From Elainellaceae cyanobacterium (GTDB taxonomy: Bacteria > Cyanobacteriota > Cyanobacteriia > CAZCXK01), in the NCBI GenBank assembly GCA_051117555.1, contig JBNPEG010000032.1, forward strand, positions 3,327 through 67,326: DNA of 64,000 bases. Reading direction: 5' to 3'. The position numbers were made by a program, and so were the translations under genes. The first letter of the stretch is position 1. Every line of letters starts with the position of its first letter. This document shows, piece after piece, positions 56,205 to 64,000 of this stretch. The notes below the pieces were generated by a model, which was not told the origin of the DNA, ran no database searches, and was given only the letters and a program-made list of their open reading frames with translations.

Positions 56205-57557
56205 CTAAAACTGACTGAGACGAATCGTTAAGACATCAACTCGTTCTGAGATCTGTTGGATCTGAGGATTCTTTTCGTCTGTCTCTCCGACGCGTTGAAG
56301 AGCGGTGTAGATAGTTCGGTATCCATCGAGCGCTCGACGTAGCCAAACCTGCTCGTTCTGAACATTGCCGATCGCGCGATGGGCGTCTCCAATTTTTTCT
56401 GCAATTTCAATTTTAAGCTGAGACGCTTCCATCTCGTTGTAGCCATGAGATGCTAGCGATAACCATGTCTCAGCCAATGGCCGATTGTTCAAAACGGCAT
56501 AAACCTTGGCAAGCTCAACTTGTGACACGATGAGGTTTTCTTGATCGTTGGCATTAACAGCTTGGGCAATGGCGTGTAAGAAGCGATCGCGCGCCAGTTG
56601 ATTTAAGCCGGTATGGGCATACAGTTCGCCCAAGAGCTGATAAACCGTTGCGGCTTCGCTGCCTGCCGTTGCTCGTTCTTCGAGAATGGCGATCGCGTCT
56701 GCAAACAAATCATTTCGGATTAAAATATCCGCTTGACTCACGGCTTTTGCATCTTGACCCAAGTCTTGCTCATCTAGCTGCTCTAATTCTCTAATGACAG
56801 GAGTCGCAATGGTGGGTGGCAAGAGGCTAAACCCTAATCCTGACCCGTCATTGGTTTCATATAAGAACGCAGCATCATTGCCTAGTTGTTCCCAGAGGTC
56901 AGCGGTGGGCTCATCCAGAGACGATTGCCCCGTGTCAGACTCAACAGTGACAAAATACGTTTCACCGGGTGTTAGTGCTGGCTCACCCGGATAGACCACC
57001 TGATTGGTTTCAACAGTTTGCAACCACAACACGTCAGGCCCCTCAACGCGCACCGTATACTGACGCGCGCCAGGAATCGGATTCCAAACAATCCGGGGTT
57101 GGTCGTCTAATAGCCACGTGCGGCGAGGTCTGATGACATAAGGACGATTAGAGTTGACGCCACCTGGAATCACCGATAAGCGTCCTGGAGCGCTGTCATC
57201 TCCTCTCAGTCCGCCAGCCGTTGTCGGAGAAATATTAGGACTACAGTAGTTTGAAATGCTGGATGTTCCTTGGGGTAAGCGGTGTCGGGTCAACGAATTC
57301 TCACAGCTAATGACGACGCTTCCTTGTAAAACCCGCAAGGTATCCCCCAAGCTAAGTGTCCGAATCGGACTCACCGGACGAGACGGGCCGGGGAACAGCC
57401 CAAAGATTCGCTGTTGTATGTACACCTCTCCCTGCGCCTCGATTAGCCGAATCTCCGCTTTTACGGGCAATGAAGCACCCACAATAACCCACGGAAGCAG
57501 TGCTAAGGTCAGCCAACCTGAATGTTTAACGTGATGTGCCACACCCCTACTCCCCAA
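56205..57557 (-). CDS. Secreted protein with an N-terminal beta-rich region and C-terminal TPR repeats
   Basis: Signal-like segment WLTLALLPWVIVGASLPVKA and TPR-like helices in the C-terminal 200 aa. The start is non-ATG and uncertain. Confidence 0.55.
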   Translation of the reverse strand: MGSRGVAHHVKHSGWLTLALLPWVIVGASLPVKAEIRLIEAQGEVYIQQRIFGLFPGPSRPVSPIRTLSLGDTLRVLQGSVVISCENSLTRHRLPQGTSSISNYCSPNISPTTAGGLRGDDSAPGRLSVIPGGVNSNRPYVIRPRRTWLLDDQPRIVWNPIPGARQYTVRVEGPDVLWLQTVETNQVVYPGEPALTPGETYFVTVESDTGQSSLDEPTADLWEQLGNDAAFLYETNDGSGLGFSLLPPTIATPVIRELEQLDEQDLGQDAKAVSQADILIRNDLFADAIAILEERATAGSEAATVYQLLGELYAHTGLNQLARDRFLHAIAQAVNANDQENLIVSQVELAKVYAVLNNRPLAETWLSLASHGYNEMEASQLKIEIAEKIGDAHRAIGNVQNEQVWLRRALDGYRTIYTALQRVGETDEKNPQIQQISERVDVLTIRLSQF

Positions 57558-57584
57558 TTCATGGTTCTAAATTACGGTTCTAAA

Positions 57585-58913
57585 TTACTGGTTTAAATCA
57601 CTATCTAAGCGCTGACGTGCCATCCGAATCCATTCATCATGCCCTAATTCTTCTTCATTCGCATAGGCAATGCAACCTCGCCACTGAAGGATTGCCAAAT
57701 CCATATTGCCACTAGCTTCGGAAGATTGAGCCAGAAGGCATTGAATGCCCGATTGGGTTCTCAAGAGTCGATTGACCAAGTTGGTTTGATTATGGTCTTG
57801 GGCATCCTTGAGCAACGTTTCACCGAGTTCGAACGCTTGTTCGAGATGTGCAGTTGCTCGTCCATAGTCTTCTTGAGCAACTCGTGCCCATCCCTGAGTC
57901 CTGAGCAGAAAATATTGAACCAGTTCGACGCTGCCTGCCAACGCAATCAGGCGTTGATAACGGTCACCTGGATTGCGGGTTAAATTGCTTAGATGATCCT
58001 CTGCACGAATCAGTTGGGCGATCGCCTTACTGGGTTCACCATTAACGATATATAAGCGAGCTAGATTAATTGAGGATAAGACAAATCCGCCTTGAGCGGC
58101 GATTTCATACTCAGTGCGAGCGTTGTCAAATTGGTTGAGGTCTTCATATAAGACTCCTAACCAGTGGTGGGGTTCTAGGTATGCCGGATTTAACGCGAGT
58201 GCCCGCTCATAGCTGTATTGAGCACTCATTAATTCCCCTTTCTCAAAGCTCTCATTGCCCCAAGTATTGTAGAAGGTTGCAACCCATGGCAGAGAGAATC
58301 GGAAACTGACCAATCCTGCCAGAACCAGAAGAGAAAATCCTGCGCTAATTTCGTGCCAGTAATAGTTTGGAATATTGAGGCTACTAAGAACGCGTTGATT
58401 CGCTTCCCGTCCAGCTTTAGTAAGTGCGCTGCCACCTGCCAGCAACGTTAAAACGCTCTGAGTGCTGATGGCTAGTGCGCCTAGGGTATCCGGCCCTCCG
58501 GTGACAAATCGACTAGAAACATCACCGACTAGACTCAATGCGATTGTCAGGCAGGTCACGGAAACAGCCGTCCATAGCCAATTAAATCGATTCCACGGGT
58601 GTGTTGCTTCGCGGCGTTCAAAATACCACCACCATCGGTCTTGGGCAGAGTTAAAGCTTTTGCGCCACTGGTCAAGATTCACCTGTTGCGCAATCACCTC
58701 CCCCTGGAGCTTGAGCCGCTCATCTAAGTCGGCCAGCGTCACTAGGTGCTCCGTGGGAATTGATGACAAATCAGTCAGCGTTGTGGCGATCGCATCGCGG
58801 ATAATCAAAACATTCAACACGAGTTCTGCAGATGGATGGGGTGAAGCCTGTTCAAGTGCAGCAAGCTTCGCTTCGTAGTGACTGATGGCATCCAAACTGG
58901 AAGAAAAATTCAT
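57585..58913 (-). CDS. Membrane protein with 3-4 central TM helices and C-terminal TPR repeats
   Basis: Hydrophobic segments WLWTAVSVTCLTIALSLVG, ALAISTQSVLTLLAGG and GFSLLVLAGLVSF. TPR-like motifs include AQYSYERALALNPAY. Confidence 0.55.
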   Translation of the reverse strand: MNFSSSLDAISHYEAKLAALEQASPHPSAELVLNVLIIRDAIATTLTDLSSIPTEHLVTLADLDERLKLQGEVIAQQVNLDQWRKSFNSAQDRWWWYFERREATHPWNRFNWLWTAVSVTCLTIALSLVGDVSSRFVTGGPDTLGALAISTQSVLTLLAGGSALTKAGREANQRVLSSLNIPNYYWHEISAGFSLLVLAGLVSFRFSLPWVATFYNTWGNESFEKGELMSAQYSYERALALNPAYLEPHHWLGVLYEDLNQFDNARTEYEIAAQGGFVLSSINLARLYIVNGEPSKAIAQLIRAEDHLSNLTRNPGDRYQRLIALAGSVELVQYFLLRTQGWARVAQEDYGRATAHLEQAFELGETLLKDAQDHNQTNLVNRLLRTQSGIQCLLAQSSEASGNMDLAILQWRGCIAYANEEELGHDEWIRMARQRLDSDLNQ

Positions 58914-59076
58914 GCGCGATGAGGCACTTTGATCATTCCGCAACTCTTAATGCCTAAAAAAATGCCTAGAAACTGAACCTAACACACTCAATGTTAGATC
59001 GATAGCTCCATTGCTCGATTCGAACTCCGGCTAACCCGATCAAGACGAGTCTAGTCAAATCAGAACTGCCTCAACC

Positions 59077-59901
59077 TTAGTTGCCTAGTTCTTGAGAACG
59101 ACGACAAGCTGTTTTCACAGCTTCAATGAGGGCTGAACGAAATCCTGCTTGCTCAAGAGAGGCGATGCCTGCGATGGTCGTTCCTCCGGGGCTCGTGACT
59201 CGATCTTTTAGCTCAGCCGGATGGAGCCCTGAGGTTTGCAACAGTTCAGCGGTGCCACGAACAGTCTGGATAGCCAGTTGGGTAGCGATCGCCCTCGACA
59301 ATCCTGCTGCGACTCCTCCATCAATGAGAGCTTCGATTGCCACTGCAACATATCCCGGTCCTGAACCGGATAGCCCAGTCACTGCATCCATCTGATATTC
59401 AGGCACTTCAACGACCGCACCTACCGCTTCGAATATCCGTTTTGCAAGCTTGAGATGTGATTCTGTAGCGTATTGACCCGGCGCGATCGCAGTCACGCCA
59501 ACTCCGATAGTCGCAGGAGTATTAGGCATCGCCCGCACGACAGGCTGATTGGGAAACGCAGACTCTAACCGGCTTAGCGGCATTCCTGCCAAAATCGATA
59601 GCACGACCTGATTGGAGCGATCGCCTGGTTCACGGTCAGCGATCGCCGACCTTAGATCTGCAATCACCCGATCAAAAACTTGCGGTTTGATTGCTAACAG
59701 TACGGCTTTAGAATCCGATATGACTGCCGCATTATCAGATGTAACGCCGACCCCGTACAACTGATTTAAATAATCGCATCGCGTCGACTGGGGATCGCTG
59801 ACAATGATCCCCTCAGGCGAATAGATCTCTTGATCAACAAGGCGGGATAAGAGAGCTTCTCCCATTACCCCGCCTCCGATAATCCCAAGTTGCTTAGACA
59901 A
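59077..59901 (-). CDS. proC: Pyrroline-5-carboxylate reductase
   Basis: Motifs GIIGGGVMGEAL, RAMPNTPA and TSPGGTTIAG. Confidence 0.95.
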   Translation of the reverse strand: MSKQLGIIGGGVMGEALLSRLVDQEIYSPEGIIVSDPQSTRCDYLNQLYGVGVTSDNAAVISDSKAVLLAIKPQVFDRVIADLRSAIADREPGDRSNQVVLSILAGMPLSRLESAFPNQPVVRAMPNTPATIGVGVTAIAPGQYATESHLKLAKRIFEAVGAVVEVPEYQMDAVTGLSGSGPGYVAVAIEALIDGGVAAGLSRAIATQLAIQTVRGTAELLQTSGLHPAELKDRVTSPGGTTIAGIASLEQAGFRSALIEAVKTACRRSQELGN

Positions 59902-59958
59902 CAGAACGGCTGTCTCCTAAATGTTGTGACAACAGGATGCGCGAAACGACCGCACTGA

Positions 59959-60549
59959 CTAAGCCATACGGGCTTGATCGGTTGTCCAAGCAGGGGTGGG
60001 TGCCATCGGGCGCCCCGATCGCACGGGCTGCTGTTGCATCGGAATATCTCCAGTAAATCCGGGCTGCGTGCTGACCTGAACACAGCTTGGCGTAAACAGA
60101 AAGATACTCTCCCCGATTCGTTCCTGATGCCCGTCAATGGCGTAGGTTCCACCTGCTACGAAATCAACTGATCTCTGAGCCTGATCTGGGTCCATGACGG
60201 TTAGATTTAAAACCACAGATTTGCGCTCTCGCAAGGCTCGAATAACCTGAGGCATTTCCTCAAAGCTGCGGGGTTCAATCACAACCACCTCGGACATGCC
60301 GTTCGCTGCACCGGGCATGCCAATGACATTATTCATGGCCCCAGGCGTAGTTCCGCGGTCCATAGATGACAATACCGAGCGCTCTCTCATTCTGCGACGA
60401 CGAGGCTCTTCTTCTTGCGCGGGCTGAACATGTTCTTCCTGATAGAGATTTTGATATTCCTCCCCATCCATCTCGTCATATTCATACTCATACTCAACCG
60501 GATCATTTAGACCGACAAAGTCTTTTAACTTAGCGAAAATATTGCTCAC
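59959..60549 (-). CDS. sepF: Cell division protein SepF
   Basis: The C-terminal SepF domain reads [53 protein letters not shown]. Confidence 0.9.
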   Translation of the reverse strand: MSNIFAKLKDFVGLNDPVEYEYEYDEMDGEEYQNLYQEEHVQPAQEEEPRRRRMRERSVLSSMDRGTTPGAMNNVIGMPGAANGMSEVVVIEPRSFEEMPQVIRALRERKSVVLNLTVMDPDQAQRSVDFVAGGTYAIDGHQERIGESIFLFTPSCVQVSTQPGFTGDIPMQQQPVRSGRPMAPTPAWTTDQARMA

Positions 60550-61143
60550 TGGTACTCTCCGTCAATCACTAGCGTTTATGTAGGAAGGCGGTAATCACTG
60601 GCGATGTAAAAAGCTAGAAACTTCTATTGCTAGAAGGGTGATCCAAAGCCAGAAGTTTTGATAAGAACTTATTTTTAATCGTTCCCATCTACAACAGGGT
60701 TGCATGCACACAGACGACTAGTTGATCTGTTGATTTTCTTAACGAGATCGGTATAGCGGCCCTGCATAACTTGCCTGGATTTGCCTGAATAGTATACATC
60801 AATTTTCTCAAATAGATACTTTATTTTTGTATTTTTAAGAAAACAAATGCTGAATCGCCTTCCAATGTTTCAGGCTTGAATAACCAGTAATCTTAAGCGA
60901 TAAATTTGAAATCAGCCACACATTGATCACTTTGATCGGGACAGATTGATTGGTGCAGATATTAGATATTCTGACCTCTATTTCGTTATTAGAAATAATA
61001 ATTGTCGATGACTATTTTTTCAAGTTTAAACATTCCGCAAATCGCCTTGGCCTAGTAGGTTCAAATAATGCGGTGAGGATGGTCAATTAAAGTAGCAATG
61101 TACACCAAACTAACGGTATGCATCTGAACATATAGCAATCCCA

Positions 61144-61192
61144 AATTGTGTGTGAGTGGTGGGTGGGCGGCGTCCACCACTCACACACAATT
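61144..61192. other. Perfect 19-bp-stem hairpin (11-nt loop)
   Basis: AATTGTGTGTGAGTGGTGG (61144-61162) pairs with CCACCACTCACACACAATT (61174-61192). It lies about 130 nt downstream of pipY. Confidence 0.85.
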
Positions 61193-61320
61193 CACAAGCG
61201 ATTTAGGATCTCTATATCGGGAAATTTGGATTCAAGATTTAGACTGTTGAAACGATTCTCAAGAAAGGCTCTAAGTTTCTTAAAGCGAATCGATTTAGAT
61301 ATCATTTGTGACGGGTCGCT

Positions 61321-62007
61321 TTATTGTCGTTCACCAAACAAGATTCGTCCTAAACGAACCATGGTCGCGCCTGCCTGAATCGCAAGCAGATAATCCTCAG
61401 ACATTCCCATAGAGAGGTGATTCATTTGAATAGTTCTCCATTCCTGTTGGCTGATTGTCTTCGCCAACTCGCGGGCTTGAGTAAATACGGACAATGTATC
61501 GCTCTCCCCTAAACCATAAGGGGGAATTGCCATGAGTCCGACAATATTAAGATGGTCGCACTGTTCGAGTTTGGGCAAATCGGCCCAAAGTTCGTCAATC
61601 ATCCAGCCATATTTGTTGGGATCAGGCAAGAGTTTGACTTGAAGGCAGACGGTGGGCTTACAGTGTAAGTCAGCCGCAAGCTGGTTTAATCTCAATGCGA
61701 GCTTTAGGCTGTCGAGGGAATGAATCCAGGTGAAATGCTGGAGAGCTTTGAGCGCTTTATTGCTCTGAAGATGCCCAATCAGGTGCCACGTAATGTCTGG
61801 TAGATCCTGGAGTTGCTCTTGCTTAGCGATCGCCTCTTGCACTCGATTCTCACCAAAGTCTCTGATCCCAGCATCATATGCTGCCCGAATTGCTTCTACA
61901 GAAACTTGCTTAGTAACCGCGATCAATCGGACTCTATCAGGAATGGTTTGACGAATGTGATGAACGTGGTTGGCGATCGCTCGAACCGAAGAAAAAGAAT
62001 CCGTCAT
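61321..62007 (-). CDS. pipY: YggS/PipY-family PLP-binding protein
   Basis: Motifs LIAVTKQVS, FGENRVQE, WHLIGHLQSNK and LSMGMS.DY. A 4-bp overlap joins it to pipX. Confidence 0.9.
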   Translation of the reverse strand: MTDSFSSVRAIANHVHHIRQTIPDRVRLIAVTKQVSVEAIRAAYDAGIRDFGENRVQEAIAKQEQLQDLPDITWHLIGHLQSNKALKALQHFTWIHSLDSLKLALRLNQLAADLHCKPTVCLQVKLLPDPNKYGWMIDELWADLPKLEQCDHLNIVGLMAIPPYGLGESDTLSVFTQARELAKTISQQEWRTIQMNHLSMGMSEDYLLAIQAGATMVRLGRILFGERQ

Positions 62008-62276
62008 TGAAACGTTCGTTTGTACGCGATCTGAAGCTGATTATATTCGTGTCCTTGCCCTGAGCGGCGAAGATTGCGAAGGCGATTTTCTACGACAATG
62101 CGAGCATCACTGCGGCTAACGGGATCGAATTGAATCCCTTCGGCACTTGTCTTGACCAAAAAGAACAGCCGTTGGGCGTAGAGAGTCGCAAACAATTCTT
62201 GATTGTCCTCAACAACGCAGACCCGGTACAACAAACCGAATGTTGGATGGTTGAGGTATGTTTCGCCACTACTCAT
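62004..62276 (-). CDS. pipX: PII-interacting protein PipX
   Basis: ETYLNHPTFGLLYRVC...LFATLYAQRLFFLV...RLRNLRR...YNQLQ. Starting at 62276 gives 90 aa. An alternative ATG is at 62285. Confidence 0.9.
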   Translation of the reverse strand: MSSGETYLNHPTFGLLYRVCVVEDNQELFATLYAQRLFFLVKTSAEGIQFDPVSRSDARIVVENRLRNLRRSGQGHEYNQLQIAYKRTFQ

Positions 62277-62696
62277 GGCAGACATAGACTGTTCGGAAGA
62301 GGCGGTGTAATGCGCTGTAGAGAAAATCATGAGGTTGACCAAAGGGGTAAATCGACATTGTTCGCTATTTTTCAGCAGAAACTAGGCAACGGATAAATCG
62401 TATGTATAGTTTTCTCTCTTCATTAACACGAGTTAAGCCGCGTTAACAGGGTGGGTATTGCTATTCAGACTAGCGGCAGAATGGACCACGTCAGACCAGG
62501 AACATGTTCCCCCGATGTTTGCGCCAAACAATACATCCCTAACGCCCCAACATATTGACAGCAATGATGCAATCAATATATTAATGCTGACCGAGGTTGA
62601 GTATTAAGCTTTCCAACTACTGTATGTGAAAGTGTGCCGTATTGCTACCAAAATTCGCAAAATTGAGAGTAGTTTGTTAGCCAAAACCGAATCTTC

Positions 62697-63653
62697 TTAT
62701 CGCCACGTAAACCGAGCGCCCCAAAAAACGACCAATCCTAGCAGTAAGAGCCAGTCGATCCGTCTGAGACGAAATTGATACCAACGCACTTGGTGCTGGT
62801 TTGGGCTGGTGAAGCCTCGAACCTGCATGGCGCTAGCAATTTGCTCCGCTCGCAACAAAAGATTCTCAATTAACCGTTCCGCAACCACAATCCATACCTG
62901 AGCGGTCCCTCGAAATCCCAACTTTTTCCAGTTAATGGCGCGAGTTCGTACCGAGCGCACAAGATTCTGAACTTCTTCAAGAACGAGTGGAATAAATCGC
63001 AATGCCAGAGTCAGGGTCAGAATCACTTCGGTAACAGGCACGTTGAATCGCTTCAGGGGTTGCATTAAATTTTCAAGCCCGGCGGTGATTTCTTCGGGAG
63101 CGGTGGTGAGTAAATAGAGATTTGAGCTGTAGAGTAGCGTAAACATCAGGGTTGATACTCGAACGGCCAACTCAAGCGATCGCCGCGTAATTAGAATAAT
63201 GCCCTTGTGAAATAAGACATACTCATACTCTGTAGGCTGTGGAAGAGGGGGTAGCGAATTATCTTCAGCCTCTGTCGAGTCCGAGGATTCTGACTGAGAC
63301 GACGAGGCGATCGCAGATGGACTCGTGATGATGGCAAGCTCATGATCGGGCAGACGAGGCTGATGGTCAACGTCAATCCCATCAGGAGCTAGCATTGTAA
63401 TCAGAAACAGCAGTAGCCCAAATATCATCAGCAGCCCGATTTGCCGTCGCCATACTCGCCAGGGAATCTGGGCAGTCAGCGTGAGAACCAATAGAGAAAC
63501 GACAAGGCCAATGCGCCAAATCGGATTGGCTCCAATTGGAGCGAGGAGAAACCCAAGCAGCCAAGCTAATTTGACCCGTGGGTCAATTCGATGAAGCCAG
63601 GTGATCGGTTCTTCGAGATAGAGCCCAATCGGAAGGGAGCGCAATAAATCCAT
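62697..63653 (-). CDS. CbiQ/EcfT-family energy-coupling-factor transporter transmembrane component
   Basis: A multi-TM protein with an EcfT-like layout and the C-terminal motif AEQIASAMQVRGF. It contains a Ser-rich insertion. Confidence 0.7.
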   Translation of the reverse strand: MDLLRSLPIGLYLEEPITWLHRIDPRVKLAWLLGFLLAPIGANPIWRIGLVVSLLVLTLTAQIPWRVWRRQIGLLMIFGLLLFLITMLAPDGIDVDHQPRLPDHELAIITSPSAIASSSQSESSDSTEAEDNSLPPLPQPTEYEYVLFHKGIILITRRSLELAVRVSTLMFTLLYSSNLYLLTTAPEEITAGLENLMQPLKRFNVPVTEVILTLTLALRFIPLVLEEVQNLVRSVRTRAINWKKLGFRGTAQVWIVVAERLIENLLLRAEQIASAMQVRGFTSPNQHQVRWYQFRLRRIDWLLLLGLVVFWGARFTWR

Positions 63654-63680
63654 GATTAACAGGCAAACGTGACGAGATTA

Positions 63681-64000
63681 TTACACTCGGGTGGCTCGAT
63701 TCGCCGTAACTCGCTCAAAATTGCGGACTTTTTTACCCCGCCACAGTAAGCGAATGGGAGTTCCGGTAAATCCTAACTGCTCTCGAAACTGTCGTTCAAT
63801 ATAGCGACGATAATTTTCATTGAATAGTTTGGGATCGTTTACGAACAGAGCAATAGTGGGTGGACGAGTACTCACTTGAGTTCCATAGTAAATCTTGCCC
63901 TGCCTGCCTTGGCGGGTGGTTGGCGGTGTATGCCAGCTTACCGCATCTTCAAGCACCTCGTTAATCACAGAGGTCGTTACCCTTCGCTGGTGTTGGTCTG
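63681..64000 (-). CDS. der: Ribosome-biogenesis GTPase Der (EngA), C-terminal KH-like part; the gene continues beyond the window
   Basis: [56 protein letters not shown]. Confidence 0.9.
   Translation of the reverse strand, partial: DQHQRRVTTSVINEVLEDAVSWHTPPTTRQGRQGKIYYGTQVSTRPPTIALFVNDPKLFNENYRRYIERQFREQLGFTGTPIRLLWRGKKVRNFERVTANRATRV

Noticed and set aside
61148-61378. A 76-aa + strand ORF beginning MCEWWVGGVHHSHT.
   Set aside because: Its first 15 codons are just the two arms of the 19-bp perfect hairpin. It also overlaps the pipY 3-prime end in antisense.

Overview
This 64-kb window is chromosomal DNA from a cyanobacterium, probably a filamentous Leptolyngbya/Oscillatoriales-like organism. 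The evidence is HIP1 (GCGATCGC) palindromes throughout, nblA, the pipX-pipY-sepF-proC cluster, many Uma2 (DUF820) paralogs, NDH-2 and 2-Cys peroxiredoxin. Most of the window is housekeeping: folB, argJ, ppiase, trpB, SUI1, pgi, proC, sepF, der, tRNA-Ala(UGC) and tRNA-Ser(UGA). Four parts stand out. (1) Region 21.5-31.4 kb looks like a decayed defence/accessory island. It holds a head-only dndD remnant, an HNH nuclease frame with two in-frame TGA codons, three tandem Uma2 nucleases, an SMC-like ATPase fragment and a TPR gene with in-frame stops. It also holds an orphan dndC-like PAPS-reductase gene, an AT-rich membrane ORFan, an IS5-family element, and a truncated PLD-like/helicase N-terminus tightly coupled to a DUF1802 gene. 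(2) A 1.3-kaa exoprotein joins a two-partner-secretion (TPS/haemagglutinin) N-domain to a C-terminal CHAT (caspase-like) domain. It is bracketed by inverted copies of a dispersed repeat, and the only TpsB (ShlB/FhaC) gene lies 47 kb away. (3) A protealysin-like M4 metalloprotease is followed by an emfourin-like small protein and a Cys-motif secreted protein. (4) The intergenic regions are rich in repeats: tandem arrays whose periods are mostly multiples of 7 bp (7, 14, 21, 42), a 5-copy dispersed repeat family, a 50-bp element pair and MITE-like nested palindromes. I cannot show that any one locus is a complete novel system. The best candidates are listed with explicit tests. All family assignments come from reading motifs by eye, not from database searches.
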